A DNA stretch of 64,000 bases from Iphione sp. A-MEVVRFRX5 (taxonomy: Eukaryota): positions 64,418,001 through 64,482,000 of the forward strand of contig OZ320313.1 of NCBI GenBank assembly GCA_976226885.1, written 5' to 3'. The notes below the pieces were generated by a model. It was not told the origin of the DNA. It worked only from the letters and a program-made list of their open reading frames with translations, and searched no databases. Below, piece after piece: positions 1-10,099 of the stretch. The translations under genes were made by a program, and so were the position numbers. The first letter of the stretch is position 1, and each line of letters opens with the position of its first letter.

Positions 1-330
1 TGGTTCAAGTCCTGTCCTTCTATGTGCAATAGTTTCCAAGTTATCACAGTTTTTCTCTTTACCTGCCACTTTACTGGGTCACCCTGTGGCACTTCTATCA
101 CCTGCGTCATTTGGTCAGTAGCATTTTGGTTCAAGTTCTGTCCTTCTATGTGCAATAGTTTCCAAGTTATCACAGTTTTTCTCATTACCCACCACACAAC
201 TGGGTCACCCTATGCCGCTACTATCACCTGCATTATTTGGTCGGTAGCATTTTGGTTTGGTCTAAGGCCCATCCTTCTATGTAAAATAGTTTCCAATTAT
301 CACAGTTTTTTCTCTTTACTCACCTTGGTC
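1..330. repeat. 126-bp tandem repeat, ~2.6 diverged copies (may continue left of the window)
   Basis: The TGGTT..TCCTTCTATGT..AATAGTTTCCAA..TATCACAGTTTTT block recurs starting at 1, 127 and 253 (period 126). This explains the repeated peptide MCNSFQVITVFL in ORF 22..537. Confidence 0.9.
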
Positions 331-334
331 ACTC

Positions 335-650
335 TATGTTCATACTCTCTAATATGTTCTCACTCACATGTTCTCATTCATATTCTTGCTCTATTCATGT
401 TCTTACTGACACTCATGTTCTCACTCTTATTCTTAGTTATGTTCTCTCTTACACTCATACTCTCACACACATACTCTGTTCTATTCTCATTCACATTCAT
501 GCTGTTATTCATACTTGTGCTCTCTTCATTAACATGAGTAGGAGTATGAGTGAGAATATGACTATCAATGAGAACATCAGTGAGAGTATGAATGAGATCA
601 TAAGTGTCAGTGAGAGCATGAAGAGAGCATGGGTGTTAATGAGAGCATGC
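335..650. repeat. Low-complexity (CTCA/CATGTT-type) repeat that switches strand near 510-530
   Basis: The left part is made of ctcatgttctcact-like units and the right part of their reverse complements (agtgagagcatg). 396-417 matches the reverse complement of 599-620 at 19/22 positions. Confidence 0.75.
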
Positions 651-2719
651 CAAGGGACTGGAAGCAAGGGAGGAGTCATCAGCCATCTCTCCTTCCTCCT
701 CAGAGTCTGGGTTTGAGCCAATCACTACAACATCACAAGGATGCTCCTGCTGTTTGACATTCTCCCATTCTTCTCCCAGGCACTCATCAAGTTCTTGGGT
801 GACCACACTGTAGGACACGAAGGTGGACCCAGGTGTAGACTGGGGGATCCGCCCCTTAATCCAAGCCTCCACCACTGCCTGGTGAAGTGGCAACATCATG
901 GATGTCAATGCAACCTTCTTGACCAGAGACAAGAGGCTGGCTGGGGTGATGGGTGAGGTCTGGGGTTGGTAGCATTTCTTCCCCGACCTCCTCCCACATG
1001 GCTTGCAGGTCCCAGCCATGCCCTGGGGTATAGGGCACTGACTGGTCACTTGAATACTCGTAGACAGCTTCTGACTGTAGACAGACCTTGCACTCAGGCA
1101 GCTCCAGGAGTAGAAGAGGCAAGCTCGCCTGAAGGGCCCCCTCTCCCGACGTGGAAGGGGTAGGCTATCCTGGCTAGTGGGACCGGTCATCGCTGGCTTG
1201 GATGGCTCACTGGACCTGGCAGGAGAGGCAACCAGCTGGACAGTCCTTGGGGGAGGAGTTTAGGCTGAAGAGTTGGGCCATAGAAACCAGGGTCAAAGGG
1301 GCCAGCCCCCATGAAGATCCCGGCAGGCAATGGTCGACAAGACATGCCCCTCCCCAACCTTCTTGGGGCCATAGGCTTGGTCCTCTAGAGGCATCCTCCT
1401 ATTCCATTGGCTCCTCACTCTTGCACTGCTCCCCTGACAGTGGGGCCTGGCCTTCTGCAGTGGATGGTCCCCGGGGCACCAGGGGCTGTTGGCACAGCTT
1501 GGAATGTAGAGGAGGTGGGGGGGCCTCCCTTTGCATCATTGCTGCTTCCTTCCACCACTCCCACTCCTCAATGGTCTGGAGGCATTGGTACTCCTCATCC
1601 TGGTAAAGGGGGAACGGCATGACCTCTTGGGCAGAGAGACTCATGAATACCATGTCCATGTCCTATCCAAGTCCCCCCCCCCAATGCTGTTTCTCCAGGT
1701 GCCGCCAGAAATCAAGTGTGCCCCCTTGGAGCGAGAGGCTGGGCATCCTTATACAAAGCCCTCCTTGAGGTGTTTCTGTTGATGCCAGTGGAAGTTGTAG
1801 GGTTTGTTGGACACATACCTCTTGGCTGAGTAAAGGAGCAGGCTGTTGAAGCTCCAGGCAGGCGGGCTTCGCCCAGGTTGGCATACTCTGCTAGTTTGGG
1901 CAGGCACTGCTCATAATTTCCACTGGTCTTGGCAGGCTCTACCCTGAATGGTTCACGGCTGATGGGCAGAGCTCCATGCAATGCAGGCTCCAGCCTTGTC
2001 TTGGGGAAACTCCGCTGGTTTGTTAGAGTCTGGTGATGAATGGTATTGACTGCATGCTTAAGTGCGGCAAGCTTATATCCCCTCATCCAGAACTCCACCA
2101 GGTGTTGGTTGGTCCTCTCTTTGTGCCTTTGTTGCTGATTGGTCGGTGCTGGAGGGAGCAAGGTATAATCTCTGACAGGAGCCCGCTGGGTCACTGGGCT
2201 CTGCCCTAGGGTGGCAGGCTCCGCCCAATGCACCCTACCTGCTTTGCCCATGTCCTCCCGCTGCCAGTGGCTCTTCCAAGTGGGGTGGCATCAATCACCC
2301 AGCTTCCTTCACAGTGTTCTGGCCAGATGGATGCCTTGCAGTCTTCTCCAGGCACAGCAGAATGCCTCTGGGTGGAAACAAATTGAGGACCCTGTTGGAC
2401 GGAAGCCCTCTGTCTCTGGCCGTGGACCTGACCTTTCTAGCAGAAGACAGGTCTGGTCACTCAGTATTTGTAACTCATGTGCCACCATGTCTTCCCATGC
2501 CTGGGGAATTCTTCGGATGGAGGGTGAGCCTCCGGAGGTGGCATGTCCCTGGCAGTGGAACTCATGGCCTGCTGAAGGGAGCAGTGGGCCCAAGTCCCTG
2601 GTCTTCTGTGATACCAATATGGGGAGCACTGGCCTGGCACCTAAACATCTGGTAGCAGTTCAATCTACCATAAGGTACACACCCTTGCCGGTAGGGTTGT
2701 CTCTTCACTGGTAGGGGGG

Positions 2720-3800
2720 AACGCTCTCTTTAAGAGGTCTGCCTATACAACTCTGCAGTTCTGTCCTCTGGTCACTCAATATCACTGTACTAAGCCTTGC
2801 CTGGGCTATCCACAGTCCCCTGGCAACTGCTCTGCAACTTCAGGGAGCACCATTTCTTCTTCAAGGGGGAGCATACCCAGACACTGTCTCCCATGTTGAT
2901 CTCTTGTACCTTCTTGTTGTACCAATTCTTCTGTCATTCTGCTGCCCACTGCAGGTGCAGGTGCAGCAGCAGCCGCACTATCTGATGAGCTTGCATGAAT
3001 TGCTCTGTCACCACTCCTATGTACTCAGAGACTGATTGTGCTTACCTGCCGGGGGCCCCCACAATCAACTCAACCAGCAGGGTATTCTCCGGTTGCAGGG
3101 TGAGCCAGTTGGGAGAAAAGCCGGTCGTCTGGTGGGGCATTGCTCAGTAGGCCACCATAATGAAAGGGATCTTCTCATCCCAGTCAGTCTGATCTTCTTT
3201 CATGACCTTGGCGAGCATTCGAAGATGGGTCCAGTTGAGCCACTCCATGACATGGGCATGGTAGGTGGTGGTCCAAGAGCATTGTATATCCACCAAAGGC
3301 AGCATCTCTTGCATAATAGACAATTCAAAGTTCCTCCATTGGTTGGAATGCAAGATTCTTGGGGGTCCAAAGCAGCAATTACCTTGGTAAGCAATACTTG
3401 GGCTGTTCCCACTGCCGTCACCTCTGGTGTGGGGAATGCCTCAGTCCATTTGATGAAGTGATTAGCCAACATGATGATCTACTTGTTGCCCCTGATTGTG
3501 ATAGGGAAGGGGCCACACACATCCAATGCTACCAACTCCCAGGGGCCAGGAGCCACCTGCTGCTGCAAGGGGGCCTGGTGGCAGTGAGCTGGGTTGGTCC
3601 TCTGCTGGCAGCTCTGGCAGGCTCGGCCCCAACACTCCACATCCTTGGTGTGGCCCGGCCAACACTATTTCTGGTGCAGGGTGCCCTCCATCTCCCCAGG
3701 CCTAAGATTGCCCCCCCCCCCCAGTGTTCCTGTGTGTACCTCCCGCCAGACTTAGAAATGGTGTGTGGTGGGCATGAAGGCTTGGAAATGTGGTGAACCA
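2720..3800 (-). pseudogene. Gypsy integrase remnant (Zn-binding region, rve core, C-terminal region)
   Basis: Motifs seen: 'EVHTGTLGG..' (H..GGHLG-like), 'HFIKWTEAFP', 'MHSNQWRNFE' (HSDQGRNFE-like), 'TTTYH', 'RMLAKVM..DWDEKIPFIMVAY', and 'WYNKKV..MGDSVWV'. Confidence 0.9.
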
Positions 3801-3899
3801 TCCACGGCTTCCCACCTCCGGCACAGCAGTCCATCCACTATCCACTACCAGTACCACTCTCCTTTGAGCCAGTGGGCGAGCTGGCCCTCTGGCTCTCAG

Positions 3900-5045
3900 A
3901 AGCTACAGAGCCAATGCAAGAAGCTGTGGTTGGTTCCAAAAATGACTGCTAGAAACTCCTTGTGGGTCACAGTAGTTCTGCTCAGCCTGTGTCAGGCTCC
4001 ACCTCACATAGGCCAGCACCCAGTCCTGGCCATTCTGCTCCTGGACCAAGACTGCCCCAACCCCTGTGGCTAATGTGTCAGTATCCAAGAATTGCTGTCC
4101 TTTGGGCTGGGGATATGCCAGGATGGGCACCATTGTCAGCCTTCTCTTCAACTCCTCAAACACCAGCTGACATTCTTCGCTCTAGTGCTACTTCTCAAGC
4201 AGCTGATGCAGGGGCACAGCGATCATGGTGAAGTTTTCTATGAAGCTCCAGTAGTAGGAGCACAGCCCAACAAAGCTTTCCAGTTCCAAGATGCTGAGAG
4301 GAGGTGTCCACTCTTCCATCACCTTGACCTTCTCCGGGTCAGGATGGACCCCTTCCTAAGAGACCTGATGTCCTAAGTAGGTGCTGGCACTTTTGTGGTC
4401 TAAACCTCATGCAGGCATGCTCTCATTTCTTCCACCACCCTGATGATCACTATAATGTCATCCAGGTAGACAAAATATGTTTGCCAATGAGTCCCTGCTT
4501 CCATGAGTCAAGCCCATGGGGGTGCAAACAGTTGTCTTTTCCCTGTACTCATGTCAGACACCCACTTACCAGAAGCTGCTGGTGAGATCAATAGCCAAAA
4601 AGAATCTCGCCCCTTCCAGCATCTTGTTGATACTGGGCAGGGGGTACGTATCCTTCGTTGTGACGTGGTTGAGAGCCCAGTAGTCAATGCAGAAATGCCA
4701 CGATTTGTCATTCTTGAGGACCTTCTCCTTGGGGAGAAGCTGCCATACCCACTGCTATATGGGCAGGTGCTCCTGCACATCGATATGATTCTGCACCTTA
4801 TTGGTTTGCCCTAATGGCTGCCCCTCATCTTGGAAAAGGTCTTGGTTCTCCCTCAGCATCCGGATTATGCCCTCCTGATCAACCTCCATAAGCTCAACCA
4901 GGAGCCACTCCACCAGGCACTTGCACAGCACAGCTCTTCCATCCCCTCCACCTCTCTGACTTGGGTCCTCCAATGCCTCAATCAGCTGAGACACCGGTTG
5001 AGACATAATTTCACTGCGAGCTCTACCTCGGGCAGAGCCCACCAC
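3900..5045 (-). pseudogene. Gypsy pol remnant: reverse transcriptase + RNase H
   Basis: Motifs seen: pre-RT 'DLFQDEGQPLGQTNKVQNHIDV', 'WHFCIDYWALN..TKDTYP', 'FLAIDLTSSFW', YLDD at 4457-4468, and RNase H 'PILAYP..LDTDTLATGVGAVLVQEQ..LAY..LTQAEQNY'. Confidence 0.92.
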
Positions 5046-5189
5046 AATATATTAATTAATATCATTCTATAATTTCTGGCTCTTTTCTGAGCGTATACTT
5101 ACGCCTCTATATTTCTGATATCTGTGCTTCTATGACTGTTCCAAAAATCCAGCTAAGACAGACAGACAGACAGACTATTCACCAATGTA

Positions 5190-6650
5190 GAAAATGGATA
5201 CAATTCTCAACATTTTCAACTCAATTGCGGCTGCTGTCTGCAGACCAGAACATGGATAGGTGAACCCATGTTCGGCTACAAAGGAAGGTTGGGAATAAAG
5301 CAGTACATTCCCAATAAGCCCTGCAAATCGGGGTTTAAGTGTTGGAGCCTTGCAGAATCAATTGCAGCTATGCATATTTTCTTATATATAATCCTTTATA
5401 TTAAAAACACTACATGTTACTATTCTATATCCAAATGAAAGTCTCCTTTCACCATATGAATGCTTCTTTTTTATCCCCCACATTCATTTTGTATTGCTTA
5501 CATTTGCAGGTTTCATACTACAGATATTTCCCTAGGCATCTACCACATGTGTACGTTTTTGTACGGATATGGCCACGGATCCATACACGTATTTTCTCCA
5601 GCCTATAGTTAATCTTATGAGCATTCAGACGTACATGGATCTGTATGGATCCATACCTCTGGATATGTACAAACTGGTCTGGGACAGATTTTCTACGGCT
5701 ACAGATCCGTAACTCCATAGAAAGCAATGGTGGAAAGACATCTAGTGTTACATAAAATAACACCCAGAACAGGTATAACATGTCCCTGGACACATAGACG
5801 TAGTTTTCATTCAGAAGTCTTATGGATACGTGATGGGGCCCTAATCATGAAAGAAAAGAAAGAAAGGAGCACCTTGTCACTCATTAATTGTATCATCGAC
5901 AGACTTCTCTCTGCAGCAGACCTCTATGGGCAAGGATATCATTTATTTGTAGACAAACATCCGGCTATTCAACTCATATTTCTGAAACATGCTTTTTGTT
6001 GTGGTACCCTCACAAGATATAGTAGGGGCCTACCAAAAGATCTATGTTGTAAGTAACCTAAGCTAAAGAAAGAGGATCACATCTATTCAAGAAATGATAA
6101 ATTTTGATCCTGACATCATAGGACAGCGTATAGAGTTTTTACCCTACGTAAAGCTGTATTATCCACTGTTTCATGGTGAGAAAAAACACATTGTTGATTA
6201 TATGATATACATGGGAAGGGTACACCTTAGTGACCAATTCAGACACTATTATGTTTTCAGCTGCATAATGAAAAAAATTAATGGACAATCAACTTCATAT
6301 GGCATATTTTATAAATGATGAAAGTCAATTCTTGTATTATGTTCAATTCTCAGCATAAAAAGAAACCTCTGGTGGAATTCATTCTATGTGTGTCAAATCT
6401 ATGATAATTACAGCTCTTGCAGGTAATCCTACCCGTAGGTCTACTAGAAAGATTTGTCCCAAGGAAAAATGTCTAACAATGAGATACATGCCTGCAGATT
6501 TTGGCAGGATATATATTGTCGTGTATGCTATGCCAAAAACAATATTTGATAATACTAAGACACTAACCAAACCAAATAATTATGGGTGAGTGATTGCAAT
6601 GTCCGTCTCTGCCTGCCAAGATGCTTCGCAGTGTATCACACTTGTGAGAA
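5190..6650 (+). mobile_element. Decayed piggyBac-family DDE transposase remnant, interrupted by a ~460-bp insertion
   Basis: Motifs seen: 'GEPMFGYKGRLGIKQYIPNKPCKSGFKCWSLAES' (~5253-5360), 'LYGQGYHLFVD..CGT..RGLPKDL' (~5920-6045), 'IVDY..YMGRVHLSDQFRHYY' (~6190-6250), and a C-terminal Cys-rich 'CNVRLCLPRCFAVYHT' (~6595-6645). No TIRs or TTAA ends identified. Confidence 0.88.
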
Positions 6651-8780
6651 CTCCTATGTCAACTTTGCTGAAGGATAAGAAAAACAGACCTGAAGTATGT
6701 AATATTCCCCTAGATAAATATTAATGATAATTTACTCATATTTTCCTACTATTCGTATCAGAAAATTCATATATGTACATGTATAAATCTTATGTAAAAC
6801 TCCTATGTAATCCACCGTCAGCTTAGCTATCCACAACAACGTCGGATATCCATCAAAACGGGACTCATCTCCAATGAAAATACATCCATCATTACGGAAT
6901 ATCCCACAGTTAAGGAAAATCAATTCAGTTTATATATTTCATACTGTACGTGACTTTTGTACTCAAAGCTATTCCTGAAACATGGTAATCAGGGTAGCCT
7001 CTGGTTCTCCAATGTGGTGAAAGAGGACAAAGTCGCTTGATATCAAACTTAAAACTATGGAACCGGGAGACATTTGCCTACTAATCTTCTAAATTCTCTC
7101 CTAGCAAGTACTTTACAAAACAGGGACACCACTCAAATTTCATTTTAAAATTCCTTGTGGTTTGCCGTGCCAGTTTTCCCTGTTATTTTCTGTACAACTT
7201 TATATGACATGGCTTTGATTTATCAAATTATAATTCAAGTTTTTTGTTCCCTAGCATATAATATGTATTCTTTTGTATCTTAAATTACAAGGTCCAGGTA
7301 CAGGATTGAGAAAATTAGAACTCTAAATTCTTTTCCATCCTCAATTCTATGACTTAGACTGGTGCGAACAGGTCATCATGCTGTTAGAAAACCAAAGTTG
7401 TCAAGTATGTATGTATTATTACTGCCCCTCAGATACGGGACGATGTTGGTGAAATACAGATTTATTGAACACAGTAGTCTCTTGAGACTGAGTAAGTGAG
7501 CAAATACTATAAATCAAATGTAAACTGCATCAAATGTGCAGTAGCCTCTAGAGACTGAAGAAACAGAGTAAATATTACCCTAGATATGAAATTCGAATTC
7601 TTGTATCGTTCTTCAATGCATACACCTTTAAATCTCACAAATTAACCAAACTGCTTCTCCTTGGGATGTGGAGGGAGGGTAAACATTCAAACAGCAACAG
7701 ACTGGGCTCACGCGCACGTCACCCGCTGTTCTCAGACAACACTCAAGGGGGCGCCACAATCAACAATAAAGCACCCTTGCATATAGTGGTCTGTATATAG
7801 TAGACCAACCATATTTGACTGATGGTAGTTTTGCACTTTAGCTTGAATTTCTGCGCATGCATTCAATCATTAGTTTATACAGTATGGCCTCCATCTTCCC
7901 CTTATAGCCATCCTTAGTATACAGGTTGGTTGCTCAGTTCCATCTTGACTTACTGAAAAAAAAGAACTGACTGGTGCTCTCAATGAGAACTATATGTTTT
8001 AAAAAAGACCTGATTGATTCAGAATATCTATATAATTTCCTTCCCTGAATAGAACTTAACATTACACACTGAATAGAGGCTGTCCATTATTTACATAAGC
8101 ATTTTCATATGTTTTTAGATTCCCACATCTACATGTACATGTAAGATACAATAAAAATGTATTAGAGAGCCTCTTCTCCCATGATACATACATAATTAAT
8201 GGAAGGCCAATAGCTATGAATACAAGTGAGGGTTTATGTAATTTCAGTAAAACCACCAGTAGCTAAAATGCCTCTCCAAAGGTAACTTCAAAGTTTCATG
8301 AATAAAAGCATCACAACATATTGAAACAAGCCATTCTTTCTCAGTTAGCAAGCTTCCATCTATAATTAACTTGTATTTAGTTTAGTCTCCCCAAATTTAT
8401 GTCATCTTGGTTCCATATAATTATATATTCTAGAAATTTCATCTCATGGCAAAAATGATATAAAAGACAACAGAGGCAGAACTGCCATGAAGTATTTCTT
8501 ACTCATAAATTCTCTACTATTTGATTAAATATAGATGATTTTCTAACCAATGATATTGACCTTGTCTAAAAAAATTGTTATTTTCAGAATTTTGTTTAAT
8601 GCATTTGCCCAAATTTTCAAAATTTCCTGTGTTTTCCCCAGACAGGGTATTTTTGCACATTTTCCGTTTTCCCTGTGCAGTGTGGACCCTGTTGAAAATA
8701 TTGTGTGTAATCTTGGAAACAAAATCTCAAGGTATCCAAGAGAAGCAGAGATGTACTTTTCACCATGTATACACTGTATA

Positions 8781-9153
8781 CAGTCGGACCTCTCAATTAT
8801 GGACACCCTTGGTTCTGCTTCAAATCGTCCGCATTTCAGAAGTGCCCTGATTATAGAAGTGCTGAATTTGACAAGTAATAGTCCAAAAAGTGCTGAATTT
8901 GATGAGTAATAGTCCAAAAAGTGCTGAATTTGATGAGTAGTAGTCCTAAAATGGCTTGGGAGTTATTCATGTCTACCTTTGAAGGCCTTAAATTCATAAG
9001 GTTCAAAAAAGTGCTGATTTCAAGTTGTGAGAGACATCAGAGAGGTTATTGTTGACACCCCCGGTGGGTATAGACATTTTGGTTCTTCTCCAAATCGTCC
9101 ACATTTGGGAGGTGTCCGCATCCCAGACATGTTCACAAAGAGAAGTCCTACTG
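8781..9153. mobile_element. Tc1/mariner (Tigger/pogo-like) MITE, 373 bp
   Basis: Starts TA|CAGTCGGACCTCTC and ends GAGAAGTCCTACTG|TA: imperfect TIRs (12/14) with TA at both flanks. Confidence 0.75.
8857..8950. repeat. 31-bp tandem repeat x3 inside the MITE
   Basis: AAGTGCTGAATTTGA(C/T)(A/G)AGTA(A/G)TAGTCC units start at 8857, 8888 and 8919. Confidence 0.92.
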
Positions 9154-9579
9154 TATAAATGGTCAGATATTTACAAGTTTGGAGGGGCACCCAGCAGCAT
9201 TTGTTAGGTTCCGAACCTTGCTAGTAAGTTAAACATTATTGACGCCTCTTATGCAATAGGAGAGTTCTTGCAGATCCAAACAAGAGAATAAAACAGAACA
9301 ATTTTATGGATTAGAAGAAACTTACATGTAAGGTGTTGATTGTTTGGCCTCGACTCTAGTGAAACGCAGACTGCTAGAAGTTTCAACCAGTAAAGAACCA
9401 ACGAACAATTATTTAACTGCAGTTGTTACCTGCATAGCAGAGGTCAGTCTCGATGTTTCAATTGAAATGTTGCTACTGGAATGAGATCTTATCTTGTTCT
9501 GATGAAAATGTTGCCACTAGAATTCCCATTTGTTTATGTTGATTGAAATTTTGAACACACATCCATGTATATATATACA

Positions 9580-9720
9580 TGTACATATACCCCGACACAA
9601 CCTCATACATACACTCACTGACCTACTCTTTGCTAATATACCTAGTATGGCTCCTGACAACTTCAGCCAGCATCACTGGCCATTCTACCTTATGATTTCC
9701 TTCCCTTTCCTTTCAACTCG
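9580..9720 (+). mobile_element. Possible short LINE endonuclease C-terminal fragment
   Basis: 'PRHNLIHTLTDLLFAN...FSQHH' loosely resembles the APE motif PTH..GHTLDL.FTN...SDH. Resemblance only. Confidence 0.25.
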
Positions 9721-10099
9721 CTTCCATAAGCCTCTTCCACTGCTACTCAAAAGGCTGTAAATGAAGTACTTAGAGAAGTAAATCACCTCATCATGGATAT
9801 TAACTTCCGTAACAACAGACCAACACCTCGAGTGAGTGTCCTCACATAAAGAAGGAGGAGAGGAGAAAGAATAGTATCATACAAAATGCTAGAGGATGGC
9901 TGTCACTATGATAAGGAGGAGAAGATAAAATTGGTACTGCTTCTGGAGAAATTCATAGGTCACATAACTGGAGAGTGAAGGGGGGGGGTGGGGTGTCGTG
10001 GTCACTTTTAAATTATTCCTAGCCACATATGGTGGAGGGAGTATATAGGGGAGGGTGTACCTTAAGGGGTCTCAAGTATGATTCACTTATGTATTTATT

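Larger units (their letters stand above)
640..5050 (-). mobile_element. Decayed, 5'-truncated Ty3/Gypsy LTR retrotransposon (no gag or LTR recognised)
   Basis: Domain order on the - strand is RT, RNase H, integrase, which is diagnostic of Ty3/Gypsy. There are many stops, frameshifts and internal deletions. The left boundary is approximate. Confidence 0.88.

Noticed and set aside
1-700. 3' LTR of the Gypsy element
   Set aside because: No TG..CA-bounded segment, polypurine tract or second copy identifiable in the window.
22-716. Hydrophobic ORFs resembling membrane proteins
   Set aside because: They are translations of tandem and low-complexity repeats.
8857-8950. 31-bp direct repeats as a CRISPR array
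   Set aside because: Head-to-tail copies with no spacers, in a eukaryotic genome with no cas genes.
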